From: Betaproteobacteria bacterium
Lineage (GTDB): Bacteria; Pseudomonadota; Gammaproteobacteria; Burkholderiales; SG8-41
Length of the DNA stretch: 39,517 nucleotides
Assembly: GCA_025360445.1 (NCBI GenBank)
Contig: JANYCE010000273.1
Location: forward strand, 1 to 39,517
Direction of reading: 5' to 3'
Shown here: piece by piece, positions 16,892 through 26,666 of the stretch
How the letters are laid out: each line of letters begins with the position of its first letter
How positions within the stretch are numbered: the stretch's first letter is position 1
Translations under genes and position numbers: made by a program
The notes under the pieces: generated by a model
Told to the model about the DNA's origin: nothing
Seen by the model: only the letters and a program-made list of their open reading frames with translations
Database searches by the model: none

Positions 16892-18700
16892 ATGCTCGGC
16901 AGTTTGTTAAAACGCGTGTTCGGTGCGCGGTCAGGCGCCGCTGCAGTCGATCAGTCATGGCTCGCTCAAACAATGTTGCTAAGGCAGCGCGGGCTGAACA
17001 CCGAAGTCGTCGCGCGGTGCGAGGTAGCGCTGGCGCTATCGCCTGATCAGGTCGACGTCTTGAAGTTGCTCGCGGCCGGGCTTTTCGCCCAAGGTAAAAC
17101 GTCCGAAGGCATCCGCCAATTACGCCTTGCAATCGACATTGCGCCATCCGCGGATGCGCACATTCAACTCGGCGGCGTTCTTGCGACCACGGGCGATTTC
17201 GACGGCGCGCTTGCGAGTTACCGCAGCGCCGTCGTGCAGCAGCCGCGCAGTATTGCCGCATGGCACACGCTCGCAGCTTTGCTCAAAGCGCTCGCGCGCT
17301 ACGACGAGGCGGAGGAGTGCTGCGATGCCGGATTGCGCCTTGATTCGAGTCATGCAGGGCTTAAATATACGCAGTCAACGATCCTGTTTGAGCAGGCGCG
17401 CCTGGAAGAAGCGATTACCGCGGCCAGGGAATCGCTGGCAATAGAACCTGACAATCCCGCGGCACACAGCGCACTGCTGCGCATGTTGAGTTACTCCGAT
17501 GCTCAGGAACCCGCCGCCACTTTTCGTGAGCATCAGGCGTGGGCAGCGCGCCACGCCCGTGCACTCGAAACATCGGCACTGCCCCACCCTAACCTGGCAG
17601 ACCCGGCGCGCCGGCTGCGCGTCGGATTCGTCTCTCCGTATATACACAAACATGCTGTCACATTTTTTTTAGAATCGGTAATCGAGCATCATGACCGCGC
17701 GCAACTCGACATCGTTCTGTATGCGGATGTCGCACGGCCGGACGAATATTCGGCGCGCTTGCAGGCGCACGGCGCGCACTGGCGCAAGACGATCGATCTC
17801 GATCACGCCGAACTTGCCGATTTGGTGCGCAAAGATGCAATTGACATTCTGGTCGATCTGAGCGGCCACACAACAAACAATCGCCTGCTCGCTTTTGCGC
17901 GCAAACCCGCGCCGATCCAGGTGAACTGGCTCGGATTTCCAAGCACCACCGGCATGCCCAGCATGGACTACCGGATCACGGATGCGTATTGCGATCCGCC
18001 GGGCCTGACTGAGCATCTGAACTCCGAAACGCTCGTCCGCCTGCCTGGCATTTACATGGCCTGGCGACCGCCCGACGGCACACCCGAGGTCGAGCCGCTG
18101 CCTGCACTGACGAATCGCTGCGTTACGTTCGGCACTTTTCACAGTGCGTTCAAAATTACGCCGACAATCAGCGCGCTATGGTCGCGCATTCTGCAGCGGG
18201 TGCCCGGCTCACGCCTGCGCGTGATGGCGGTCAGCGGTGTCTCGGCAGAACGGCACATGCGCGCAATGTTTACGGGTTGCGGCATTCGCGCGGAGCAATT
18301 GGAAATCCTGCCGCGGCTCAGTTTTGAAGTCTACCTTGCCGCGTACGGCCAAGTGGACATCGCGCTCGACACGTATCCATATCATGGCGCAACGACGACC
18401 TGTTTTTCGCTGTGGATGGGTTTGCCGGTCGTCGTGTTGGCGGGAACCAGCCACGCATCACGTGCGGACGTGTCTATGCTGAACAATGTCGGCCTGCCGC
18501 AGCTCATCGCGCAAACCGGAGACGCCTATGTCGATATTGCCGCTGGGCTTGCCCAGAACCTGCCGCAACTTGCCATTCTTCGCGCGAATCTGCGGGGCAT
18601 GATGGCGCGCTCACCCAATGCGGACGGTCGCGCCTGCGCGCTAAATCTCGAGCGCGCTTTTCGTGAAATGTGGATTAGCTGGTGCACAAGACAAGCTTAG
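16892..18700 (+). CDS. TPR-repeat protein fused to a GT41 (SPINDLY/O-GlcNAc-transferase-like) glycosyltransferase domain
   Basis: 602 aa. The N-terminal ~200 aa are TPR-like repeats. The C-terminal part has LRVGFVSPYIHKHAVTFFLESVIEHHDR, DILVDLSGHTTNNRLLAFARKPAPIQVNWLGFPSTTGMPSMDYRITD and DIALDTYPYHGATTTCFSLWMGLPVV, typical of bacterial SPY/OGT-family proteins. Confidence 0.8.
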   Translation: MLGSLLKRVFGARSGAAAVDQSWLAQTMLLRQRGLNTEVVARCEVALALSPDQVDVLKLLAAGLFAQGKTSEGIRQLRLAIDIAPSADAHIQLGGVLATTGDFDGALASYRSAVVQQPRSIAAWHTLAALLKALARYDEAEECCDAGLRLDSSHAGLKYTQSTILFEQARLEEAITAARESLAIEPDNPAAHSALLRMLSYSDAQEPAATFREHQAWAARHARALETSALPHPNLADPARRLRVGFVSPYIHKHAVTFFLESVIEHHDRAQLDIVLYADVARPDEYSARLQAHGAHWRKTIDLDHAELADLVRKDAIDILVDLSGHTTNNRLLAFARKPAPIQVNWLGFPSTTGMPSMDYRITDAYCDPPGLTEHLNSETLVRLPGIYMAWRPPDGTPEVEPLPALTNRCVTFGTFHSAFKITPTISALWSRILQRVPGSRLRVMAVSGVSAERHMRAMFTGCGIRAEQLEILPRLSFEVYLAAYGQVDIALDTYPYHGATTTCFSLWMGLPVVVLAGTSHASRADVSMLNNVGLPQLIAQTGDAYVDIAAGLAQNLPQLAILRANLRGMMARSPNADGRACALNLERAFREMWISWCTRQA

Positions 18701-18870
18701 AAAATTGTTTTGCGCAGATAACTGCCAGGAAGTGGGAACCTCACTCGCCGAAGAGCATCTCCGCAGCACGGGGTGGCCCCGAAAATAAATCCCGTGCCGG
18801 CTTGCCGCGCTGTTGCGGATGATGGCGGGTCGTTTTAGTGTAAAAAGCCATTGCTTGAATCGCCGGACGA

Positions 18871-20253
18871 CTAACCACGACGCCAGAGTGTGCCCTTGGG
18901 CCCGTCTTCCAACACGATGCCGGCGGCAAGCAAATCCTTGCGAATGCGGTCGGCCTCAGTGTAATTCTTGGTCTGCTTCGCGGTGGCGCGCGCGACAATC
19001 TGTTCCTCAATGCGGGCCGGTGTCCACTCGTCTGAACCTGGCGCGCCTTGCAAAAATTCAACCGGGGCACGTTGCAGCAGGCCCAGCAAACCGCCCAGAG
19101 ATTTAAGAAGTGCGGCGGCCGCGGGCGATTGGTTGCGGTTAATCTCGGCGGCAAGCTCAAACAGGATCGCAACCGCTTCGGGTGTATTGAAGTCATCATC
19201 CATCGCATCTCGAAATCGCGCGGCGGCCGGATTGCTCCAGTCGATCGCGCCCACCGGTACATCATACGTTTTCAACGCTGTGTACAGGCGCGACAGCGCC
19301 TGACGCGCGTCGTCGAGGTGTTGATCCGAATAATTGAGCGGGCTGCGGTAATGCGCGCGCAAAATAAAGAAGCGCACGACTTCGGCATCATATTTCGCCA
19401 GGATCTCGCGCACGGTAAAAAAGTTGCCGAGCGACTTCGACATCTTTTCGTTGTCGATGCGCACGAACCCGTTGTGCAGCCAGTAGTTGACGAACGGTTT
19501 CACGTCGCTGCCGTCGAATGCGCCCTCGGACTGCGCGATCTCATTCTCGTGATGCGGAAACTGCAAATCCTGCCCGCCACCGTGGATATCGAAATGCCTC
19601 CCGAGCAATTTACTCGACATCGCCGAACATTCGATGTGCCAGCCCGGACGCCCTTCGCCCCACGGGCTGGGCCACGCTGGCTCCCCGGGCTTCGAATGCT
19701 TCCACAGCACGAAGTCGAGCGGGTCACGCTTCGCCTGCGCTATCTCGACACGCTCGCCGGCATTCAAATCGTCGAGCGACTTGCCGGACAGCTTGCCGTA
19801 GCCGGGAAAATCGCGCACGGAATAATTGACGTCCCGGTCCGCCGCCACATAAGCAAGACCTTTCGCTTCGAGCAACTGAATGATGTCCTGCATCTCGGTG
19901 ATGTAATCGGTTGCCCGCGGCTCGTAGTCGGGCTTGATGACGCCAAGCGCCATCGCGTCTTCATCCATCGCCGCGATGAAGCGCGTCGTCAACGCCTGCG
20001 TCGACTCGTGGTTTTCGGCGGCGCGCTTGATAATTTTGTCGTCGATGTCGGTGATGTTGCGCACATAAGTTACCTTGAGTCCCGACGCGCGCAGCCAGCG
20101 TGTGATCACGTCGAACACCACCATCACGCGCGCATGTCCGAGATGGCAATAATCATAAACTGTCATCCCGCAGACATAAATCCGCGCCTCGCCTGGAACG
20201 ATGGGCGTGAACACCTGCTTGTCGCGGCTGAGCGTGTTATAGAGCTTAAGCAT
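18871..20253 (-). CDS. cysS: Cysteine--tRNA ligase
   Basis: 460 aa. Starts [15 protein letters not shown], with a HIGH-type motif ([15 protein letters not shown]) and KMSKS ([11 protein letters not shown]). Confidence 0.98.
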   Translation of the reverse strand: MLKLYNTLSRDKQVFTPIVPGEARIYVCGMTVYDYCHLGHARVMVVFDVITRWLRASGLKVTYVRNITDIDDKIIKRAAENHESTQALTTRFIAAMDEDAMALGVIKPDYEPRATDYITEMQDIIQLLEAKGLAYVAADRDVNYSVRDFPGYGKLSGKSLDDLNAGERVEIAQAKRDPLDFVLWKHSKPGEPAWPSPWGEGRPGWHIECSAMSSKLLGRHFDIHGGGQDLQFPHHENEIAQSEGAFDGSDVKPFVNYWLHNGFVRIDNEKMSKSLGNFFTVREILAKYDAEVVRFFILRAHYRSPLNYSDQHLDDARQALSRLYTALKTYDVPVGAIDWSNPAAARFRDAMDDDFNTPEAVAILFELAAEINRNQSPAAAALLKSLGGLLGLLQRAPVEFLQGAPGSDEWTPARIEEQIVARATAKQTKNYTEADRIRKDLLAAGIVLEDGPKGTLWRRG

Positions 20254-20469
20254 AGGACGAGACCGGCGAGAGAAATACCATCATTTATTTCCTGTTAACT
20301 GCAACCCTAAGGGGACCCGGCAGGTTCGACACGAGAATTGGTCAGAACGCACTTTAGCGTGCTCGGTGAAGGTGACGGGAAAGGCCGTCTTTATATTGGC
20401 TGGGGTTCTTGGTACAATCAGTTAAATCAATGTACTAAGACCCTTAATTCTTATAAAAAGTATAGCACA

Positions 20470-21093
20470 ATGAATTGCACGCTCGCGACGCGCCGGCTGA
20501 TCCTTACCGCAATTTTGCTCGGCAGTTTTGCGATAGCCCCGATCGCCGGCGCACAAACGGATGATTACGCTGAAGCGGGTAGCTTGTTTCGCGCAGGCCA
20601 GACGGCGCAAGCTCTCCAGCGAGTAGATATCTTTTTGAAAGGCAGTCCGCAGGATGCGCGCGGCCGTTTTTTGAAAGGCTTGATTCTCACCGAACAAAAT
20701 AAACCGGCCGAAGCGATTGCCGTTTTCACTGGCCTCACAGAAGAGTACCCAGAATTGCCGGAGCCATATAACAATCTTGCCGTGCTTTACGCGTCGCAAG
20801 GTCAATACGACAAGGCGCGCGCTGCGCTCGAACTTTCAATCCTCACGCACCCAAGTTATGCGACCGCGCACGAAAATCTGGGCGACGTTTATGCCAAGAT
20901 GGCCTCGCAGTCGTATGAAAAGGCCTCGCAGCTCGACAAAAGCAATAAGGCCGTGCAATCGAAACTCACAATGAGCAAGGAACTGCTTTCGGGCGGCACG
21001 CGTGCAACGCCAAAACCTGCGACTGCGAAATCCGATGCCCCGACAGGATCCGCGCTCCCGGCAGTGACCGCGCCTGCCACACTGCTTAGGTAA
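20470..21093 (+). CDS. Secreted tetratricopeptide-repeat protein (conserved neighbour of ppiA-ppiB-lpxH)
   Basis: The ATG at 20470 gives the signal peptide MNCTLATRRLILTAILLGSFAIAPIAGAQ. TPR-like repeats follow (..PYNNLAVLYASQGQYDKARAALELSILTHPSYATAHENLGDVYAKMA). Confidence 0.8.
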   Translation: MNCTLATRRLILTAILLGSFAIAPIAGAQTDDYAEAGSLFRAGQTAQALQRVDIFLKGSPQDARGRFLKGLILTEQNKPAEAIAVFTGLTEEYPELPEPYNNLAVLYASQGQYDKARAALELSILTHPSYATAHENLGDVYAKMASQSYEKASQLDKSNKAVQSKLTMSKELLSGGTRATPKPATAKSDAPTGSALPAVTAPATLLR

Positions 21094-21245
21094 ATTTGGC
21101 GGCAAATACCGTCCGCTATTAACCTCCCGCAGCAAGATTTTGCCGCTTGGGAAAACGCCCTCCCCCTTACTTCGCAATCGAATCGTCCTCAATCTTTTAA
21201 TCGCTTCGCGACTAACTTTTTTTATTTTTCAATGAGACCAAATAA

Positions 21246-21833
21246 ATGAAAATTCGCACACTGTTCGCCGTCACGTTACTCATGTTCAGTCACGCCGTCG
21301 CCGCGGCTAATCCGGAGGTGGAACTCAAAACTAATATGGGGACAATTACGCTTGAGCTGTATCCCGACAAAGCGCCGAAGACGGTTGAAAACTTTCTGCA
21401 ATACGTAAAAGATGGTTTTTTTAAAGGCACGATTTTCCATCGCGTAATTAATGGCTTTATGGTTCAGGGCGGCGGCTTCACCTCGGACTTCGCCCAGAAG
21501 AAAACCCGCGCGCAAGTGCCGAACGAGGCCAATAACGGGCTTAAAAACGAACTTGGCACAGTCGCAATGGCGCGCACGTCCGAGCCAAATTCCGCAACGG
21601 CGCAATTTTTCATTAATCACAAAAACAATGATTTCCTCAATCACACCGCGCCGACGCCGCAGGGTTGGGGTTACACGGTGTTCGGAAAAGTGACCAAGGG
21701 CATGGACGTCGTCAACAAAATTGCCGCGCTAGAGACCGGCGCTATGGGGCCTTTTCAGTCTGACGTGCCGCGCAAACAGGTCGTTATCGAAGACGCAAAA
21801 ATTATCGGCGGCGACAAGCCTGCCGCCAAATAA
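21246..21833 (+). CDS. ppiA: Periplasmic peptidyl-prolyl cis-trans isomerase A (cyclophilin type)
   Basis: 195 aa. Signal peptide [21 protein letters not shown], then cyclophilin motifs [36 protein letters not shown]. Confidence 0.92.
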   Translation: MKIRTLFAVTLLMFSHAVAAANPEVELKTNMGTITLELYPDKAPKTVENFLQYVKDGFFKGTIFHRVINGFMVQGGGFTSDFAQKKTRAQVPNEANNGLKNELGTVAMARTSEPNSATAQFFINHKNNDFLNHTAPTPQGWGYTVFGKVTKGMDVVNKIAALETGAMGPFQSDVPRKQVVIEDAKIIGGDKPAAK

Positions 21834-21843
21834 AGGAAGCATC

Positions 21844-22335
21844 ATGGTCAAACTGCACACCAATCACGGCGTAATCACGCTTGAACTCGACGCGTCCAAA
21901 GCACCGGCCACCGTCGAAAATTTTCTCGCTTACGTCAAAAGCGGCCACTTTAGCAATACGATATTTCATCGCGTGATCGACGGCTTCATGATTCAGGGTG
22001 GCGGTTTCGAGCCCGGGATGAAGCAAAAGCCGACGGGCGCCCAGATTAAAAACGAGGCTGACAACCAGCTCAAAAATAACAAGTACACCGTCGCGATGGC
22101 GCGCACGTCTGACCCGCATTCAGCGACCGCGCAGTTTTTTATCAACATCGCGGACAATGACTTTCTCAATCACACAGGGCCCAACGCGCAGGGCTGGGGA
22201 TATTGCGTGTTCGGCAAGGTAATCGAAGGCACCGATGTCGTCGACCAAATAAAGGGCGTCAAGACCGGCAATCCGGCCGGCCATCAGAACGTACCGCTCG
22301 AGGATGTGATCATCGAAAAAGCTGAGGCGGTTTAA
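21844..22335 (+). CDS. ppiB: Cytoplasmic peptidyl-prolyl cis-trans isomerase B (cyclophilin type)
   Basis: 163 aa with no signal peptide. Motifs: [51 protein letters not shown]. Confidence 0.92.
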   Translation: MVKLHTNHGVITLELDASKAPATVENFLAYVKSGHFSNTIFHRVIDGFMIQGGGFEPGMKQKPTGAQIKNEADNQLKNNKYTVAMARTSDPHSATAQFFINIADNDFLNHTGPNAQGWGYCVFGKVIEGTDVVDQIKGVKTGNPAGHQNVPLEDVIIEKAEAV

Positions 22336-22403
22336 AGGCCGGATCAGGGATTGGGGATCGAGCAGGCATTACCCCTCAATCCTCGATCCGCAATCTCAAT
22401 CCT

Positions 22404-23132
22404 ATGTCTCATAGCCTTATGGTTTCGGACCTGCATCTTTGCGCAAGCCGGCCCGAAATCAATCGAATTTTTTTCGAATTCCTGCGCGGCCCTGCGGCGC
22501 GCGCTGAAGCGTTGTACATACTTGGCGACCTGTTCGAATATTGGGCGGGCGACGATGACGATGATCCATTCAATGCGTCAGTCCTCAATGCGCTGGGCGC
22601 ATTGGCGGCTGGCGGCGTCAAGCTATACCTGATGCACGGCAACCGCGATTTTCTGATCGGCGAACGCTTCAGCCACGCGTGCCACGCCACGCTTCTACCA
22701 GACCCAACGCTGGGCGACTTTTACGGCACGCCGACCCTGCTGATGCATGGCGACACCTTATGTTCAGACGATCTCGGCTATCAGAAATTTCGCATCAAAG
22801 TTCGCGATCCTCGCTACCAGCAGCATTTTCTCGCACTGCCGCTTGCCGAACGCAAGCGGATCATCGCCGGTCTGCGCACTGAAAACGTCGAAGAGAAACA
22901 ACTTAAATCGGAGTCCATCATGGACGTGACGGCGGCGACCGTCGAATCAGTATTGCGCGAACATCACTATCCGCGCTTGATCCATGGCCACACCCACCGG
23001 CCCGCACTGCATCGGCATGTAATCGACGGGCACGTTTGCGAGCGCTGGGTGCTGGCCGACTGGTATGCGAACGGGAGCTATTTACGGTGTGAACCTGCCG
23101 GCTGCCACGTTGTGAATCTTGCGTCGGCCTAG
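22404..23132 (+). CDS. lpxH: UDP-2,3-diacylglucosamine diphosphatase LpxH
   Basis: 242 aa with calcineurin-like metallophosphatase motifs in the LpxH arrangement: VSDLHL, YILGDLFEYWAGDDD, LMHGNRDFLIG, LMHGDTLCSDD, LIHGHTHRP. Confidence 0.9.
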   Translation: MSHSLMVSDLHLCASRPEINRIFFEFLRGPAARAEALYILGDLFEYWAGDDDDDPFNASVLNALGALAAGGVKLYLMHGNRDFLIGERFSHACHATLLPDPTLGDFYGTPTLLMHGDTLCSDDLGYQKFRIKVRDPRYQQHFLALPLAERKRIIAGLRTENVEEKQLKSESIMDVTAATVESVLREHHYPRLIHGHTHRPALHRHVIDGHVCERWVLADWYANGSYLRCEPAGCHVVNLASA

Positions 23133-23246
23133 TGATGTGTCACGCCAACCCGCGCTCCGGTTCGGCCGTGTAATCGTCAACAAATCTACTCCGATGCTGC
23201 GCAGGCATTCCCGAAACCTTGTGCGTGTTAACGGGCGCGGCGTTAG

Positions 23247-24473
23247 TCAACCCAACGCCTGCTTGAAATCCTCCAGCAGGTCATCGAAGTCCTCGATACC
23301 GATTGATAACCGGATCAACGAATCGGCGATGCCCATCTCGGCCCGGCGCTGCGCCCCCATCTCCCAGTAAATCGTGTGCGCGATCGGAATCGCGAGCGTC
23401 CGGTTGTCGCCAAGGTGGCTGGATGAGATCACGAGTTTTAGCCGGTTGAGAAAATCGAAACAGTCGATGCCATCAGCGAGATCAACGCTCATGAGCGCGC
23501 CGTAAGTTTTAAACAGTTCGGTGGCTAACCGGTGCTGAGGATGATCGTCAAGGCCCGGGTAATACACTTTTCTTACTTTTGGGTGGTCTGCCAAAAAACG
23601 CGCGAGCTGGAAGGCATTGTCCGACGCCTTTTCCATGCGCAATGCGAGTGTTTCAGCGCCAGTGGCAATCCGGTGCGCAGGTTCCGCCGCGAGCGTGCTG
23701 CCGATATCGCGCAACCCTTTCTTACGTATCTGCAGTATTCCCCAAAGCGCGGGCTGGGCGTTTTTGTAATTCTCGTATATGCCGGGAAAGCGCGTCCAGT
23801 CAAACAGGCCGGTATCGGTCACCGCGCCGCCCAGCGCATTGCCATGCCCGCCGATGTATTTCGTCAGTGAGTTGATGATAAGTCCTGCTCTGTCGCGCTT
23901 GGGCAAATACGAATACGGAGTCGTCATCGTATTATCGACGACGTAGAGCACGCCGCGCGCAGCGCACAACTCGCCGATGCGTGTCAGATCGGCGATCTGG
24001 GTGCGCGGATTCGCAATGGTCTCCACAAACACGAGGCGGGTGTTGGGGCGAATAGCGCCGGCCACATTGGCGACGTCCGTCGGGTCGACAAAGCTTATTT
24101 CACAACCCAGTGTGTTAAGGGTCCCAAACAGGCTGTTGGTGTTGCCAAACAAAAACGAGCTGGACACGACGTGATCGCCCGCGCGCAGCAATGCGATAAA
24201 AACAGCGGCAATCGCAGCCATGCCAGTGCTGAAGCACGCCGTGGCGATGCCGTCCTCCATTTTGCTGATTTTCGCTTCGAGCGCGGCCGTGGTAGGGTTA
24301 CCTTGGCGGCCGTACACATAGCCGGGCAACTCTCCCTTGAACACTTTTGCGAGGTCGCGGGCGTCTGCATACCCGTATGCAACCGAAGAATGCATCGGCT
24401 TGTGTACGGCAAAGTGTTCGATGGGCGAATCTAGATCAGAGTGCAGAATCTTCGTGGTGAAGCCGTTCTTCAT
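23247..24473 (-). CDS. Cys/Met-metabolism PLP-dependent enzyme, MetY/MetZ-like (O-acylhomoserine sulfhydrylase / cystathionine gamma-synthase family)
   Basis: The ATG at 24473 gives MKNGFTTKILHSD. Motifs: GYVYGRQGNPTTAALE, STGMAAI, PLP-lysine motif NSLTKYIGGHGNALGG, a MetY-like insertion TDTGLFDWTRFPG, and a C-terminal GIADSLIRLSIGIED. It occupies the position held by metZ downstream of purF in Pseudomonas-type synteny. Confidence 0.8.
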   Translation of the reverse strand: MKNGFTTKILHSDLDSPIEHFAVHKPMHSSVAYGYADARDLAKVFKGELPGYVYGRQGNPTTAALEAKISKMEDGIATACFSTGMAAIAAVFIALLRAGDHVVSSSFLFGNTNSLFGTLNTLGCEISFVDPTDVANVAGAIRPNTRLVFVETIANPRTQIADLTRIGELCAARGVLYVVDNTMTTPYSYLPKRDRAGLIINSLTKYIGGHGNALGGAVTDTGLFDWTRFPGIYENYKNAQPALWGILQIRKKGLRDIGSTLAAEPAHRIATGAETLALRMEKASDNAFQLARFLADHPKVRKVYYPGLDDHPQHRLATELFKTYGALMSVDLADGIDCFDFLNRLKLVISSSHLGDNRTLAIPIAHTIYWEMGAQRRAEMGIADSLIRLSIGIEDFDDLLEDFKQALG

Positions 24474-24489
24474 GGCGCGTTCTTTCAAC

Positions 24490-24586
24490 AAAAAAACCCG
24501 ATCAGCTTGCGCAGACCGGGCTCTGGCTCGCTTTAGCCGTATTTATTTGTCGTTCGGCTTTCACCGGCGGCGCCCGCAAGCTGATC
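24490..24586 (-). terminator. Long structured hairpin plus T7 tract (intrinsic terminator / attenuator) in the leader of the MetY/MetZ-like gene
   Basis: On the minus strand, GATCAGCTTGCG (24586-24575) pairs perfectly with CGCAAGCTGATC (24511-24500). The enclosed 63 nt can form nested helices (GCCGG/CCGGU, AGCCG/CGGCU). GGG and TTTTTTT (24499-24490) follow, ending 17 nt before the ATG at 24473. Confidence 0.6.
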
Positions 24587-24648
24587 TCAAATCGGCGCAA
24601 ATGGAAAGCTTCCCGCCCGTCGTTTACTTGTCAAATTCGCGAAAGGTC

Positions 24649-26166
24649 TTAATCGACAACTTCGAGATTTAGATCTAGTTGTGAAGCGGCAAATGCAGCC
24701 TGCTTGTCGCTCTCACGGCGCTGCGCTTCGACGCCGTCGAGGTACGCCTGTGTTACATCGCCTGTGACGTAATTGCCGCTGAAGCATGAGTCTTCAAAGG
24801 TAATCACCTTCGGATTAACCGACCGAACATCGTCGATCAGCGCCGACAAATCCTGATAAATGAGATGGTCGGCGCCGATCTCGCGCGCTATTTCCTCGTC
24901 GCTGCGACCAGTCGCAATTAATTCGTCGCGCGTCGGCATGTCGATGCCATACACGTTTGCAAACCGCACAGGCGGGGCCGCCGACGCAAAAAATACCTTG
25001 CGGGCGCCAGCTTCACGCGCCATTTGCACTATTTCACGACTGGTCGTGCCGCGCACAATCGAGTCGTCGACCAGCATCACATTCTTTCCTTTAAATTCCA
25101 TACCGATAGCATTGAGTTTCTGGCGCACCGATTTTTTTCGGATACCCTGCCCCGGCATGATAAAGGTCCGTCCTATGTATCGGTTCTTTATGAAACCTTC
25201 GCGGTACGGCAGATTGAGGCGGTTGGCTAACTGCATCGCAGCGGGCCGGCTCGAATCCGGAATCGGGATCACGACGTCGATCTGAAGTTGCGCATACTCG
25301 CTCTTGATTTTGTCGGCGAGGCTCTCGCCCATGCGCAGCCGCGTCTCATATACGGAAATACCGTCCATCACCGAATCCGGCCGCGCGAGATATACGTATT
25401 CAAAAATGCACGGATTAAGCGACGAATTCAGTGCGCATTGCTGCGAATAAAAATGGCCGTCCTCGTCGATAAAAATTGCTTCACCCGGCGCAATGTCACG
25501 CACCAGCTCAAAACCCAGTGCGTCAAGCGCGACCGATTCTGAAGATACGAGATATTCGGTTCCATGCTCGGTTTCCAGCTTGCCGTAGACCAGCGGCCGA
25601 ATTCCGTACGGGTCCCGAAATGCGAGCAGCCCATAGCCGGCAATCATCGCCACGACGGCGTAAGCGCCCCGGCAGCGACGATGCACGCCCGATACCGCGG
25701 CGAATATCGTCGCCGGGTCGAGCTTGTAATTCGACGCGCCTTCCTGCAACTCATGCGCCAGCACATTGAGCAGCACTTCGGAATCCGAATTCGTATTGAC
25801 GTGCCGCAAATCCTGGCGGAACAGATCACTTTTGAGCTGGTCGGTATTCGTCAGATTGCCGTTGTGCCCGAGCACAATGCCGAACGGTGAGTTCACGTAG
25901 AACGGTTGCGATTCCGCGGCCGCCCATGCAGAGCCGGCAGTCGGATAACGCGTGTGGCCGATGCCGCAGGCGCCAAGCAAACTCCGCATATTGCGCGTGC
26001 GAAATACGTCGCGCACCATGCCGCCGCCTTTGTGCATGTGAAAGGTCGCGCCCTCAGCGGTGACGATTCCCGCGGCGTCCTGGCCCCGATGCTGCAGCAC
26101 CAGGAGCCCGTCGTAGAGGACTTGGTTAACCGAATTTTTCGCTACAACGCCTAAGATGCCGCACAT
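24649..26166 (-). CDS. purF: Amidophosphoribosyltransferase
   Basis: 505 aa. MCGILGVVAKN.. has the N-terminal nucleophile Cys. Also present: RGQDAAGI, the PRPP-binding motif VMLVDDSIVRGTT, and GIDMPT. Confidence 0.98.
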   Translation of the reverse strand: MCGILGVVAKNSVNQVLYDGLLVLQHRGQDAAGIVTAEGATFHMHKGGGMVRDVFRTRNMRSLLGACGIGHTRYPTAGSAWAAAESQPFYVNSPFGIVLGHNGNLTNTDQLKSDLFRQDLRHVNTNSDSEVLLNVLAHELQEGASNYKLDPATIFAAVSGVHRRCRGAYAVVAMIAGYGLLAFRDPYGIRPLVYGKLETEHGTEYLVSSESVALDALGFELVRDIAPGEAIFIDEDGHFYSQQCALNSSLNPCIFEYVYLARPDSVMDGISVYETRLRMGESLADKIKSEYAQLQIDVVIPIPDSSRPAAMQLANRLNLPYREGFIKNRYIGRTFIMPGQGIRKKSVRQKLNAIGMEFKGKNVMLVDDSIVRGTTSREIVQMAREAGARKVFFASAAPPVRFANVYGIDMPTRDELIATGRSDEEIAREIGADHLIYQDLSALIDDVRSVNPKVITFEDSCFSGNYVTGDVTQAYLDGVEAQRRESDKQAAFAASQLDLNLEVVD

Positions 26167-26174
26167 TAAATTCC

Positions 26175-26666
26175 CTAACCGTAGTTGATGTGCTTTGCCA
26201 TGTCGTCGGGCAACCAGACTTTAACCCAGTTGGCGATAATTACCAGCGGCTCGCTCAACATCGCATTGCGCCATGCCGCTTGCCGCGGCAATGCCGTCAA
26301 TCCGGCGAGTAACACGGCGATGGTGACAATCGTGAGTCCGCGGGCAAGCCCGAATATTCCGCCCAGCGCTCTGTCCGCGAAACCGAGTCCAACGGACTTG
26401 ACCAGACGCGATATGGCCATCGCGAGCAACATCATGACCACCAGTACCGTTAGGAAAACGGCAAGGAAGCCGGCCAACAATCGCAACGAGGGGTTCGTGA
26501 GTGCCGGCGGCAGTAACGCGGCGGCTTCGGCAGTAAACATTTGCGCGACCACGAATGCGACAACCCATGACGCCAGCGACAATATCTCGCGGACCAGACC
26601 GTGAATGACGCTCAACAGAATCGAGATGCCGACAATGGCGATAACTGCGTAGTCGATCCAGGTCAT
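26175..26666 (-). CDS. cvpA: Colicin V production membrane protein CvpA
   Basis: 163 aa with four predicted TM segments. MTWIDYAVIAIVGISILLSVIHGLVREILSLASWVVAFVVA is CvpA-like. It sits in the conserved position upstream of purF. Confidence 0.88.
   Translation of the reverse strand: MTWIDYAVIAIVGISILLSVIHGLVREILSLASWVVAFVVAQMFTAEAAALLPPALTNPSLRLLAGFLAVFLTVLVVMMLLAMAISRLVKSVGLGFADRALGGIFGLARGLTIVTIAVLLAGLTALPRQAAWRNAMLSEPLVIIANWVKVWLPDDMAKHINYG

Noticed and set aside
22389-22399. The 11-mer ATCCTCGATCC occurs in two intergenic spacers (22389-22399 and 38657-38667), so I considered a REP-like element.
   Set aside because: A single shared 11-mer is expected by chance many times in a 39.5 kb window read on two strands. 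The flanks do not align and there is no common hairpin architecture.
24500-24648. Assigning the MetY/MetZ-like leader to the SAM-II riboswitch class. GAUUU, AGCUUGC and AAAGC-like strings are present.
   Set aside because: The helix geometry does not fit the compact H-type pseudoknot of roughly 50-60 nt that I remember for SAM-II. The 12-bp stem encloses 63 nt, and the conserved AAAGCU tail is not clearly present. I report it only as an unclassified attenuator candidate.
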